This document shows, in pieces, positions 1 to 8,819 of a DNA stretch of 64,000 bases. Both the position numbers and the translations under genes were made by a program. The stretch's first letter is position 1. The number at the start of each line of letters is the position of its first letter. Where the stretch lies: positions 177,511 through 241,510 of the forward strand of contig CAZOAL010000006.1 in NCBI GenBank assembly GCA_964577695.1, read 5' to 3'. Under the pieces are notes generated by a model. That model did not search any database. It saw nothing but the letters and a program-made list of their open reading frames with translations, and had not been told where the DNA came from. The stretch comes from an uncultured bacterium. GTDB lineage: Bacteria; Poribacteria; WGA-4E; PCPOR2b.

Positions 1-63
1 TTGAGATGACCTCATCCACTCCCTCATCAATCACGTCCCACACGTAAGACCAGATACTAAGAA
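1..63 (-). CDS. 5' end of a gene that runs off the left edge of the window (about 20 N-terminal codons, GTG start, RBS ggaggaat upstream)
   Basis: Minus-strand frame opens VEILSIWSYVWDVIDEGVDEVIS after a GGAGG-like RBS; too short to assign function. Confidence 0.2.
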
Positions 64-126
64 TCTCCACTGTATTCCTCCTCTCCTTTGGGCATAATGA
101 CGTGCCCCGAGCCCCTTGCAAATCGG

Positions 127-254
127 CATGTTTCAGAAAACCGTTTACACTTCGAGAACCCGTAAAACGTAAAACGTAATTCAGCCCACTTTACGTTTTA
201 CGTTTTACGCATCACGCCAAACATCAACACACTTTTTCGGGAATTTGAAACATG
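127..254. mobile_element. MITE-like repeat family A, copy 1 (catgtttcagaaa...aatttgaaacatg ends; internal hairpin of CGTAAAA heptamer arms)
   Basis: Imperfect terminal inverted repeats plus an internal palindrome; three more copies lie elsewhere in the window. Confidence 0.7.
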
Positions 255-279
255 CCCCTGTGAAGGGTGAAATCTGCAA

Positions 280-486
280 CTATGATTGGTGTTTTTCTAG
301 CATCCTTCCCACGAAGAAAATCAAGATGCCGGCGACCAGTGAACCCATCTCAGCCCCCATCGCTCTGCCCTCGCTTAAGCCAGTCGGGTTGGCGAATCCA
401 ACGTATAAACCAACAGCGAGAAATGCCATTCCCATCAATTCTAAGGTTTTACTAATGATAAACACATCTCCTCCGATTTCAGACAT
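280..486 (-). CDS. possible small two-TM membrane protein (68 aa, MSEIGGDVF...). Its ATG lies in the CATG terminus of the MITE copy at 484-602
   Basis: Hydrophobic ORF between two MITE copies; no recognisable family. Confidence 0.25.
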   Translation of the reverse strand: MSEIGGDVFIISKTLELMGMAFLAVGLYVGFANPTGLSEGRAMGAEMGSLVAGILIFFVGRMLEKHQS

Positions 487-602
487 GTTCCAGAAAACTG
501 TTGACACGTCGCGTAATGCGTAATTTCTATTTGCCCTTTACGCATTACGTATTACGCATTACGTAAAAGTATCAACTCCTTTTTGGAGAAATTTGAAACA
601 TG
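484..602. mobile_element. MITE-like repeat family A, copy 2 (contains ttgaca; internal CGCATTA/CGTAAT heptamer hairpin)
   Basis: Same termini as copy 1 (catgttccagaaaactgttgacac ... aaatttgaaacatg). Confidence 0.7.
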
Positions 603-611
603 ACACTCGTA

Positions 612-1325
612 TCAATACAGACTTTTGATGCGTCCCCACTGCACGGCTTTTTGGTTTTCATTTGGCTTAATTTTGGTGACAAATACTAAATCGCCAAGTA
701 AGTCTTCTGATTCCGTGAGCCCTACAGGGCCCCAGCCAATTTTATGGTGCAGGCTTCCGCCATCCGCATCATTATAATAAATGCCAAAGCCAATCCTGTC
801 ATCCTTCCGTGGTGTCTGTCGCAAGTTAAAACTCAACTCACAGGAGCGCCCATCGCTTCCCCATGCAATCGCCATGATGGGTGAATTAGGCGGTGGGAAA
901 TTCTCTCCAACGCGGAGGACATAACGATAAAGGTCGCTTCTGTGGCCCGTATGGTCTATATCGAGATAGAGCTCCAGATGGTCTTGACGAGAGAGTTTTT
1001 CAGGGTGAGTTTCGACCTGATCGTCGGTCAGTTTAATCGCAAGGTAAAGAAACCCATTTCGCCACACAGCCGCGAACGTTCCATCAAAGTCATCTGAGCT
1101 ATGCCAACGTTTGTTTTCTATAACATCCTGCTCCATCTTGCCCAATACCGCTCCTTCCCAGGCGGGGTCATCTAAGAATCCGTCGATCACTGGGGCAACG
1201 ACTGCCACTTCCGCTCTATATTGGAAAGAAAGCCCCGTGTCTGGAGCTATGAGATGGGCGAAACTACTAACCGCTGTCACAAGCAGGAAAACAGCGATCA
1301 GGAAAAACTGTTTTAAGAATTTCAT
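612..1325 (-). CDS. secreted protein with a CBM9-like / DOMON-like carbohydrate-binding domain
   Basis: N-terminal signal peptide; DGxLDDPAW and YLAIKxTDD motifs typical of CBM9-like modules. Confidence 0.5.
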   Translation of the reverse strand: MKFLKQFFLIAVFLLVTAVSSFAHLIAPDTGLSFQYRAEVAVVAPVIDGFLDDPAWEGAVLGKMEQDVIENKRWHSSDDFDGTFAAVWRNGFLYLAIKLTDDQVETHPEKLSRQDHLELYLDIDHTGHRSDLYRYVLRVGENFPPPNSPIMAIAWGSDGRSCELSFNLRQTPRKDDRIGFGIYYNDADGGSLHHKIGWGPVGLTESEDLLGDLVFVTKIKPNENQKAVQWGRIKSLY

Positions 1326-1715
1326 ATAACCTCCTTATATCATCAGGACTGACGCGCAGACGATTTTGCCCACTGAAGTGCGTAAGTCCTGATTATGTAA
1401 AATCAACACAGATGCGAAAAGATCTCTCCTTTTCGCGCCCGGATATATTGTATGAAACGTGAAATGTCAAGAGAGGTTTATAGGTCATGTGCCATTTCTT
1501 TAACGTTACCATTTCTTCGTCGCATCGGAAAAGCCGTTTGTAGTATACTGTCAGGGATAGTGTGTGTCAAGTGAAATAAGGTGGCAGGCGTACCCTACCC
1601 ATACTATTTTCTGTACATTTTCGGCGGATGTAAGGTATAATCGGTGAAAAGTGCGGCAGTTAAACTGGCATTTAAGTGGTCGAACAAAATGATTTCAATA
1701 AGTCCCCATCCAGAC

Positions 1716-1752
1716 TTCCGAAGTCTTTGAGACTTCGGAAGTCTCAAACTAA
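1716..1752. repeat. perfect palindrome tttgagacttcggaagtctcaaa (related to family C repeat termini), just upstream of the RBS of the next gene
   Basis: Seen in sequence; same gacttccgaagt motif as the family C elements. Confidence 0.6.
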
Positions 1753-1763
1753 GGAGGCAAATC

Positions 1764-2864
1764 TTGAATACCAACAAAGCAGATGTTATTGTTATTGGGG
1801 GGGGCGTGATCGGCTGTGCAATTGCCTATAACCTCGCCAAAGCACAGGTGAAAACACGAGTTATCGACAAAGCAGATAGCGTTGGTAGAGAGGCCTCATG
1901 GGCGGGCGCGGGAATCTTGGCCTCTCACGCCTCAACACGAGAGCCTTACGCCGAGCTCTGTCGAGCGAGCCTTGCGCTGTATCCGTCGTTGGCAGAGGAG
2001 TTAAAAGCGCAAACACAGATCGACATTGAGTTTATCCGCTCCGGTTCGATTGCCCTATTTTTCACTGAAGAGGAAAGGCGAGGATTGACAGGATTGGCAG
2101 AGCGACGTCTTGATCGCGGCTTCTCAGCGGAAGTGCTGACCGCCGAACAGGTGTGGGAGGTGGAGCCTGCAATTTCAAGAGAGATTGTCGGTGGTGTTTA
2201 CTTCCCGCACGATGCCCAGGTCAGAAATCCAAAACTGGTCAAAGCGCTGGCGAAAGGCGCGGCGCAGTTGGGGACGGAATTTCTGTTCGGGAATCCGGCC
2301 ACCGCATTTTTGCGAGGGAGCGATCGCGTCATCGGTGTTGAAGTCAACGGGGAAGCCCACTACGCGGATACCATCGTCATCGCCGCGGGGTGTTGGTCCG
2401 GCAAGATTGCGAGCCTCCTTGGCTATGCGCTGCCGATTGAACCGGCGCGCGGGCAGATGGTATTGGCTGAAGCGATGCCGCCGATCTTACGACACACAAT
2501 CGATGGACTCGGTGTCTATCTGGTCCCGAGGGCGGATGGAAAGCTCCTCATCGGTGCCACCGTCGAGTTTGTCGGCTACGACAAACGGACGACGCTAGAA
2601 GGCGTCAGGCAGATGATCGAAGCTGGCCTCACATTGGTGCCGGGGCTCGCCGAGAAGTCGTTCGTACAGGCATGGGCGGGGCTGCGTCCTTATGCAAAAC
2701 ATCCGTATCTTGGGAAGTTGCCCAGCTTCGACAATGTGATTGTGGCATCGGGGCACCACAAAAACGGCATCCTTCTCTCGCCGATTACTGGCAAACTGAT
2801 CTGTGAGCTCATCACGACGGGGAATCCATCAATGTCGCTGGATGCGTTTCGCCTTGAAACATGA
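1764..2864 (+). CDS. FAD-dependent oxidoreductase (glycine oxidase ThiO / D-amino-acid oxidase family)
   Basis: N-terminal VIVIGGGVIGCAIAY dinucleotide-binding motif; DAO-family length and layout. Confidence 0.75.
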   Translation: MNTNKADVIVIGGGVIGCAIAYNLAKAQVKTRVIDKADSVGREASWAGAGILASHASTREPYAELCRASLALYPSLAEELKAQTQIDIEFIRSGSIALFFTEEERRGLTGLAERRLDRGFSAEVLTAEQVWEVEPAISREIVGGVYFPHDAQVRNPKLVKALAKGAAQLGTEFLFGNPATAFLRGSDRVIGVEVNGEAHYADTIVIAAGCWSGKIASLLGYALPIEPARGQMVLAEAMPPILRHTIDGLGVYLVPRADGKLLIGATVEFVGYDKRTTLEGVRQMIEAGLTLVPGLAEKSFVQAWAGLRPYAKHPYLGKLPSFDNVIVASGHHKNGILLSPITGKLICELITTGNPSMSLDAFRLET

Positions 2865-2870
2865 GAGCGA

Positions 2871-2911
2871 GGCTTTAGCCGGTTCTTTTTTCGCTCTACC
2901 CGGCTAAAGCC
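2871..2911. terminator. stem-loop ggctttagccgg...ccggctaaagcc with a T-run in the loop, directly after the oxidoreductase stop
   Basis: 12-bp perfect inverted repeat seen in sequence. Confidence 0.45.
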
Positions 2912-2941
2912 TAAATCCAGGGGGCTATGACTCGCAGACAT

Positions 2942-3247
2942 TTATGCCTTCGCTCCAAGTTCAACTTGCTCCAGTGATTCAGCGCGTATCACTTGTGCCA
3001 ACAGTTGATCCAATGTTTCTATGGAATCGATTTCCTGCACACGTTGTGCAGTGTCAGGTGGCAATTCGCCGAATCTGATTTGTAACTGCCGTGCCAGGAT
3101 TTCGCGCTTCGCTTTCAATTCGCCTCTCAGGACGTAAGGATTTACAATCTGCATCGGGGTCACCTCCTCTGTGAGAAAGCAAATGGGCTTATGCACGCTT
3201 TCTGAGATTAACTTGCTCCAACGATTCAGCGTGTATAGCTTGTTCAA
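2942..3247 (-). CDS. stand-alone DUF4351-like C-terminal module; tandem duplicate of the 3' end of the adjacent Rpn-family gene
   Basis: About 70% identical to the C-terminus of the next ORF (EEVTPMQIVNPY...LPPDT.QRVQEIDSIE.LD...AESLEQV.L); about 250 nt duplicated. Confidence 0.5.
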   Translation of the reverse strand: MNKLYTLNRWSKLISESVHKPICFLTEEVTPMQIVNPYVLRGELKAKREILARQLQIRFGELPPDTAQRVQEIDSIETLDQLLAQVIRAESLEQVELGAKA

Positions 3248-4106
3248 ACAATTTATCTAATTCCTCTATTGAATCGATCTCCTGCACCCGTTGTACTGTG
3301 TCAGGAGGCAATTCACTGAATTTGGCTTGCAATAAACGGGTCAGTGTTCTGTGCATTGCCTTCAATTCGCCTTGAATTTCGCCTCTCCGGATGTAAGGAT
3401 TTACAATCTGCATCGGGGTCACCTCCTCTGTGACGATGCGTTTCTGAACTTCTTCCTCCTCTTCGGGAGTGAGTTTGAGATACGTTTCTAAAAAATGGAA
3501 CAGCAGGGCACTTTGCACTTCATTCAAATTCTGGCATTCACCGATGCCGACGATACACACAGCTTTCAATTCCACCCGGCTCATCTCGTTTTTGAAATTC
3601 ATCAGCGGGGCCAGACCATAAGCCACGGGATTTTTCGTCTTGAGATACTCCGCCGCAGAGAGCTTGGGTAAGCTGATGCAGTGAAAGCGGTAAAGCAAGT
3701 ATTCGTCACCGAAAAGCTCTTCCGAATACGTTTCCCAGCCGAGTCCAACGGGAGCAGATGGGAGGTAAAGCACCCCAGCAAAAAGCCGGGTATCACCTCG
3801 CAAACGAATTTGGCAAAAATATCGAAACATCCGAAGTGGAAAGCCACTTTTGCGATCCGCTTGAAATTCAATATGAATGAGGATTAACTCCGGCTCCCCT
3901 GAAAGGGTTTTGATCTCAACAAGGGTATCAACATAACGATGCGCTCCCTCTGGGAAATCGGTGAACTTCTCCTGTTCCAGAAATTTGACCGTTGTAAAAT
4001 CCAGTTTCGCCGCGTGTTCTGGGAAGAACAGTTGCATGAATTCAGCAAACAACTGGTGTAACAATTCTTTGAAGAGTTGATCGTGGTCGATTGTCTCGTT
4101 ATTCAT
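3189..4106 (-). CDS. Rpn-family recombination-promoting nuclease / putative transposase (PD-(D/E)XK, YhgA-like) with a C-terminal DUF4351 module
   Basis: N-terminal HDQLFKELLHQLF...IHIEFQA motifs; start taken at MNNETIDHDQ. Confidence 0.65.
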   Translation of the reverse strand: MNNETIDHDQLFKELLHQLFAEFMQLFFPEHAAKLDFTTVKFLEQEKFTDFPEGAHRYVDTLVEIKTLSGEPELILIHIEFQADRKSGFPLRMFRYFCQIRLRGDTRLFAGVLYLPSAPVGLGWETYSEELFGDEYLLYRFHCISLPKLSAAEYLKTKNPVAYGLAPLMNFKNEMSRVELKAVCIVGIGECQNLNEVQSALLFHFLETYLKLTPEEEEEVQKRIVTEEVTPMQIVNPYIRRGEIQGELKAMHRTLTRLLQAKFSELPPDTVQRVQEIDSIEELDKLFEQAIHAESLEQVNLRKRA

Positions 4107-4174
4107 GCTCCTTATTTTACAGCGATTTGAGAGCAAAGTCAAGATACAAACCATGTAAAGGCATATAGAACCCA

Positions 4175-6103
4175 ATGAAAAAATCCGAACCTGAACATCT
4201 TCCCGCTCAAGTTACATGGCGGGCCTTACTTCTTGGCGTCCTGTTGATTCCGGTCAATGTTTACTGGATGACAATCGTCGAAGTAAAATACTATTCCCTC
4301 GACGGCTCTTGTCTCCCACTTTTCGTTGAACCTGTTTTTATCCTTTTTGTGATTATCCTTTTCAATTTACCCTTGAAGCGTTTCGCGCCGGGGGCAGTTC
4401 TGACGCAGGCGGAGCTCTTGACTATCTACATCATGGTGGCGATCTCCTGCACCTTCGCCGGACATGACACGCTCCAAAATATGTTTGGTAGCATCGTCCA
4501 CCCCTTCTGGTTTGCAACGCCGGAAAATGAGTGGCAGGAGCTATTCTTCCGCTACATCCCACGCTGGCTGACAGTGACCGACAGCCAAAGCCTCAAAGGG
4601 TTTTACGAAGGGGAATCGACTTTTTATCTGAGCCGAAACCTTTCCCTGTGGGCGAGACCACTCGCATTTTGGGGTCTGTTGTTTTTAGTGATGATGTTCA
4701 TGATGCTCTGCATCAACACGCTCATCCGTAAACGGTGGACTGAACAGGAGAAGCTCGCCTATCCGATTATCCAATTGCCGCTTGGGTTATCTGAAGATAG
4801 CGGCACAAAACTGCTGAAAAATCAGATGATGTGGATGGGGTTCAGCATTGCCGTCATCATCGGTCTCATCAACGGGATTCACTTTCTCGCGCCGCAATTC
4901 CCTGAAATCCCGTATATCAAACGAACGCTTATCTGGGATAACATCTTTACGGAGCGACCCTGGAGCGCGATGCGCGGCGTGCGGGTCTCAATGTACCCCT
5001 TCGCGATCGGATTGGCATTCTTCCTTCCGCTCGATTTGTCGTTTTCATGCTGGTTCTTCTTTGTCGTCCGGCTCATTGAACGGGTAATCGGCGAAGCGCT
5101 CGGTACGCGGTATTTTCCCGCGCTCAACGACCAGGCTTCCGGCGCATGGATTGCGCTGTTCTTCCTTGCGGTGTGGGTTACGCGCCGTCATTTAATCCAG
5201 GTCGGCAAAAAGATCTTTGGGCTTGATACGACGCTGGATGATTCCAACGAACCGATGCCGTATCGATGGGCGGCGATCGGCATTCTGGGTTCGATGCTCT
5301 TCATCGGCGCTTTCGTGTCTATCGCAGGGATGAAGCTATGGGTCGCGGGGATTTTCTTCGGACTGTATTTCATGCTCTCCTTTGCCATCACCCGGGTTCG
5401 AGCGGAGCTTGGCACGCCGCATGAGATCTATTTCGTCAACCCACACGACATCATGGCAACCGTGGGTGGGACTCGGCGCTTCGACCCGTCGAGTTTAACG
5501 ATTGTTTCCATGTTCTACTGGTTCAATCGCGGCTACCGAAACCACCCGATGCCGAACCAGATTGAGGCGTTCAAGATGGCGGAGGTCACCGGAATGGGGA
5601 ATCGACGCCTCTGGCTTGCGATGCTCATCGCTATCGTTGTGGGAATTTTTGCCACCTTTTGGGCGAACCTGGACATTACCTTTCGGAATGGCGCAATTGC
5701 AAAGGCGGGTGGATTCAAAGGGTGGGTCGGCTGGGAGTCCTTCAATCGGCTCCAGCGGTGGCTCATCAATCCATCAGACCCCAACTGGGCGGGGATTTCT
5801 TTCATGGGGGTTGGCGCAGTCCTGACCTTCCTCATGATGTTCATGCGGATGCGATTCTTATGGTGGCCCTTCCACCCTGCCGGATACGCCCTGGCGATCA
5901 GCTTTGCGATGGATTATTTCTGGTTCGCGTTCTTCGTGGCGTGGCTACTCAAGTACCTCATTCTGAGACACGGCGGCATCCAGATGCACCGGCGGGCGGC
6001 CCCCCTGTTTTTAGGGTTGATTCTGGGCGATTATGTGATCGGCAGCATCTGGGCGATTATTGGGCCGTCGTTCGGTATCCGAACCTACAAGATTTTTATA
6101 TGA
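4175..6103 (+). CDS. large polytopic membrane protein (more than 12 predicted TM segments), unknown function
   Basis: Long hydrophobic segments throughout; no family recognised. Confidence 0.6.
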   Translation: MKKSEPEHLPAQVTWRALLLGVLLIPVNVYWMTIVEVKYYSLDGSCLPLFVEPVFILFVIILFNLPLKRFAPGAVLTQAELLTIYIMVAISCTFAGHDTLQNMFGSIVHPFWFATPENEWQELFFRYIPRWLTVTDSQSLKGFYEGESTFYLSRNLSLWARPLAFWGLLFLVMMFMMLCINTLIRKRWTEQEKLAYPIIQLPLGLSEDSGTKLLKNQMMWMGFSIAVIIGLINGIHFLAPQFPEIPYIKRTLIWDNIFTERPWSAMRGVRVSMYPFAIGLAFFLPLDLSFSCWFFFVVRLIERVIGEALGTRYFPALNDQASGAWIALFFLAVWVTRRHLIQVGKKIFGLDTTLDDSNEPMPYRWAAIGILGSMLFIGAFVSIAGMKLWVAGIFFGLYFMLSFAITRVRAELGTPHEIYFVNPHDIMATVGGTRRFDPSSLTIVSMFYWFNRGYRNHPMPNQIEAFKMAEVTGMGNRRLWLAMLIAIVVGIFATFWANLDITFRNGAIAKAGGFKGWVGWESFNRLQRWLINPSDPNWAGISFMGVGAVLTFLMMFMRMRFLWWPFHPAGYALAISFAMDYFWFAFFVAWLLKYLILRHGGIQMHRRAAPLFLGLILGDYVIGSIWAIIGPSFGIRTYKIFI

Positions 6104-6167
6104 TGTCACATAAGTACCTCGTTTTCGTCCAAGCAAATGGGGGTATAATTATACTTTGACAAAAAAC

Positions 6168-6199
6168 GCATTGACAAACTCGTTGGTTTTGAATATACT
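6168..6199 (+). promoter_or_regulatory. sigma70-like promoter TTGACA-17 bp-TATACT upstream of the AbrB-PIN toxin-antitoxin operon. The palindrome acgtaaattacgt at about 6211 is a possible operator
   Basis: Consensus hexamers with 17-bp spacing seen in sequence. Confidence 0.4.
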
Positions 6200-6276
6200 A
6201 ACTACTAACCACGTAAATTACGTCATTTGATTCGATGGAACCAACCCCATTACAACGCACAAGGGAAGATATTGAA

Positions 6277-6558
6277 ATGTCGCTTGTCAAAGTTATCCGA
6301 CATGGTCAAATTACTTTACCCGCAGGATTCCGTAAAGAATTAGCGATTCACGAGGGAGACTACCTGCAAGCTGAAATCCAAAAGGATTGCATCGTTCTCC
6401 GTCCACAAGTGGTGCTTGATCGCAACGATGCGATTTCTGCCTTGCATGCTCTCATGAACACAGTTCAAGATCGAACCGAAGGGATAAACGCAAAGACAAT
6501 CGATCAAGAAGTTGCAGAGGCGATCCAATCCATGCGACAGAAGAAACGCAATGCGTAA
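6277..6558 (+). CDS. AbrB/MazE/SpoVT-type DNA-binding antitoxin
   Basis: MSLVKVIRHGQITLPAGFRKEL looped-hinge-helix motif; overlaps the downstream PIN gene by 8 bp (ATGCGTAA). Confidence 0.65.
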   Translation: MSLVKVIRHGQITLPAGFRKELAIHEGDYLQAEIQKDCIVLRPQVVLDRNDAISALHALMNTVQDRTEGINAKTIDQEVAEAIQSMRQKKRNA

Positions 6559-7042
6559 AGTTGAACGAAGCGAAATCCCGAAAATCGGGGCGGTACTCGA
6601 TACCAACGTTATCATCAGTGCGCTTCTGACCCGTGGACGGACACCGGATCAGGTCGTGCGGCAGGCAGGGCTGACCTATCAGTTTTGTACGAGCCATGAA
6701 CTTTTGGAAGAAATTGAGGGCGTCTTACATGAGCCGAAGATTCAAAAAAGAAGCGGTATGACCGAAGCGGAGATGAGTGCGTTTTTAACGAACCTTCGAT
6801 CTGTTGCTGTTGTCGTTGAAGCGCTTCCGGCACTTCAGGTAATCAAAGACGACCCCGACGATGATTTGATTCTTGCCTGTGCGGTCAAAGCCCAAGCCGA
6901 TTATCTGGTCAGCGGAGACACTCACCTCTTACAACTTCAAACTTACGAAGGAATCCAGATCGTCTCTCCAGCACAGTTTCTCACCATCTTGCAACAATCT
7001 CAGGGGAAGAAAGAGAAAAACAATCCAAGGCACCCCCTATAA
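6551..7042 (+). CDS. PIN-domain toxin (TIGR00305-like toxin-antitoxin PIN family)
   Basis: VLDTNVIISAL N-terminal PIN signature and acidic residues further on. Confidence 0.65.
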   Translation: MRKVERSEIPKIGAVLDTNVIISALLTRGRTPDQVVRQAGLTYQFCTSHELLEEIEGVLHEPKIQKRSGMTEAEMSAFLTNLRSVAVVVEALPALQVIKDDPDDDLILACAVKAQADYLVSGDTHLLQLQTYEGIQIVSPAQFLTILQQSQGKKEKNNPRHPL

Positions 7043-7144
7043 ACCACTTTTTCACATGCTTCAATCTCACTCCCAGCACTCACAAAAAAACTGCGCTTTT
7101 GTGCATCTGAGTATTCCCTCACCCTTGGAAAGGTTGTACCGATA

Positions 7145-7903
7145 ATGCCACGAGTTAAACTGGAAATTTCCAATCGAGTCGCCACGCTCACCCTGACCCG
7201 CCCTGAAGTTCTCAACGCCATCGACCCGGCGATGTTGCGTGAGTTTGAGGCGGCATTGCATCAGGTGCGTCAGTCTTCGGATGTCGTGGTACTTGTGACG
7301 CAAGGCAGTGGGCGAGCGTTCTCAGCAGGCAGCGACCTGAAGGAGTTGGCGAAGTGCTCACCACAGGAGGCGGTTGAGTTCGAGGCTGAACATGGGCGCG
7401 TCTTTGCCCAACTAGAGACCCTGCCACAGATTACCGTGGCGGCGTGGCGCGGGTACGTCCTGGGCGGCGGACTCTTCATGGGTGTCTATCACGACTTCCG
7501 TGTGGCCGCACAAGGAGCGAGCATCGGTTTGCCGGAAGTGGCTCACGGCTGGACGCCTCCCTGGGGGGTTTCACGCCTGGTCGAATTGGTGGGCTGGCAG
7601 GCAGCCAAAAGGCTCATGCTATACGGTGGGCAGTTTGACGGTACAATGGCTCAACGGATGGGGTTAGCCGATGTGGTCTGGCCTGATGAGGTGTTTGAGC
7701 CGCAGTTGTGGGGGTGGGTAGAGGAACTTGCCTCCCGTCCGGCGACCGCCCTGCGCGAGACCAAGGCGTTGCTGCGTGAGATGCGAGCGTTAGACCACGC
7801 CTATTGGGAGCGACGAGCGGTGGAGGCATTTCAGCGTTGCTACGCGACGGATGAAGCGCAAGGTGCGGTGCAGCGGTTCGTTCAAGGTAAGAGTAAGAGG
7901 TGA
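7145..7903 (+). CDS. enoyl-CoA hydratase/isomerase (crotonase family)
   Basis: ATLTLTRPEVLNAI ... AFSAGSDLKE ... GYVLGGG crotonase motifs. Confidence 0.8.
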   Translation: MPRVKLEISNRVATLTLTRPEVLNAIDPAMLREFEAALHQVRQSSDVVVLVTQGSGRAFSAGSDLKELAKCSPQEAVEFEAEHGRVFAQLETLPQITVAAWRGYVLGGGLFMGVYHDFRVAAQGASIGLPEVAHGWTPPWGVSRLVELVGWQAAKRLMLYGGQFDGTMAQRMGLADVVWPDEVFEPQLWGWVEELASRPATALRETKALLREMRALDHAYWERRAVEAFQRCYATDEAQGAVQRFVQGKSKR

Positions 7904-7991
7904 TTGGTTTAATATTTTCATTTTGCGCTTGTTTTTGAGCCCAAATATGAATTTACCCCAACATCTTGTAATGGAGCTTTGAGATTCATTT

Positions 7992-8819
7992 ATGAAGCAA
8001 GAAAAATTCAATTTTCTTCGTTACCCAGGTGGAAAGCAAAGAATATTAAATCACTTAATACCTCACTTGCCGTTGCCAGAATCAATAAAGGGAAGGTTTG
8101 TAGAACCTTTTGTTGGTGGCGGTGCTGTTTTCTTTGCCTTGAATCCCAAACGAGCACTTTTGGCTGATATTAATTCGGAACTTATTGATCTATATCGTGG
8201 CCTACATCGTTATCCAGTCAAAGTTTGGGAAATATTCCAAGCATTTCCTCCAACGAAAAAGGCTTATTATGAAATTCGCGATTCAGATGTTGATGGATTG
8301 GATTTAGCATCACGAGCAGCCAGAACTCTCTATTTAAATAGGACGTGCTTTAAGGGTATGTGGAGACACAATTCAAATGGACAATTTAATGTTGGATATG
8401 GCGGCCAAGACAGGCGTTGGGTCATTAGCAAAGAAACTTTAATTGAGGTTTCTAGGAGGTTAAAGTATACCTCATTGAAAAGTAGTGATTTTGAAGAAGT
8501 GATTGATACTTGTACGGAGAGTGATTTCCTTTTTGCTGATCCTCCATACCGACCTGGTGAACGCGAAATGATTCATGATCATTATGTTTATCGCAGATTT
8601 AGCTATGATGATTATAAACGGTTGGCAAGTGTCTTAGAACGAGCATCTCACAAAGGAGTACAATGGACTATGACTACATCTTCCCACCATGATATATTGG
8701 ATCTGTTCCATGGAAATCGAATTATTTTGCTCCCGAAAGGCACAGGAAAAAAACCTGGCATACTCGCGGACAATCCTGGAGAAGTCTTAATCTGTAACTA
8801 CGAGGAGGCACCACAATGA
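7992..8819 (+). CDS. Dam-like DNA N6-adenine methyltransferase (D12 class)
   Basis: YPGGKQR N-terminal motif, FVEPFVGGGAV and DPPY motifs; AT-rich relative to its neighbours. Confidence 0.8.
   Translation: MKQEKFNFLRYPGGKQRILNHLIPHLPLPESIKGRFVEPFVGGGAVFFALNPKRALLADINSELIDLYRGLHRYPVKVWEIFQAFPPTKKAYYEIRDSDVDGLDLASRAARTLYLNRTCFKGMWRHNSNGQFNVGYGGQDRRWVISKETLIEVSRRLKYTSLKSSDFEEVIDTCTESDFLFADPPYRPGEREMIHDHYVYRRFSYDDYKRLASVLERASHKGVQWTMTTSSHHDILDLFHGNRIILLPKGTGKKPGILADNPGEVLICNYEEAPQ

Noticed and set aside
245-523. ORFs 245-523 and 267-455 (plus strand)
   Set aside because: They start inside MITE termini and overlap the more plausible minus-strand small membrane ORF. There is no RBS and no motifs.
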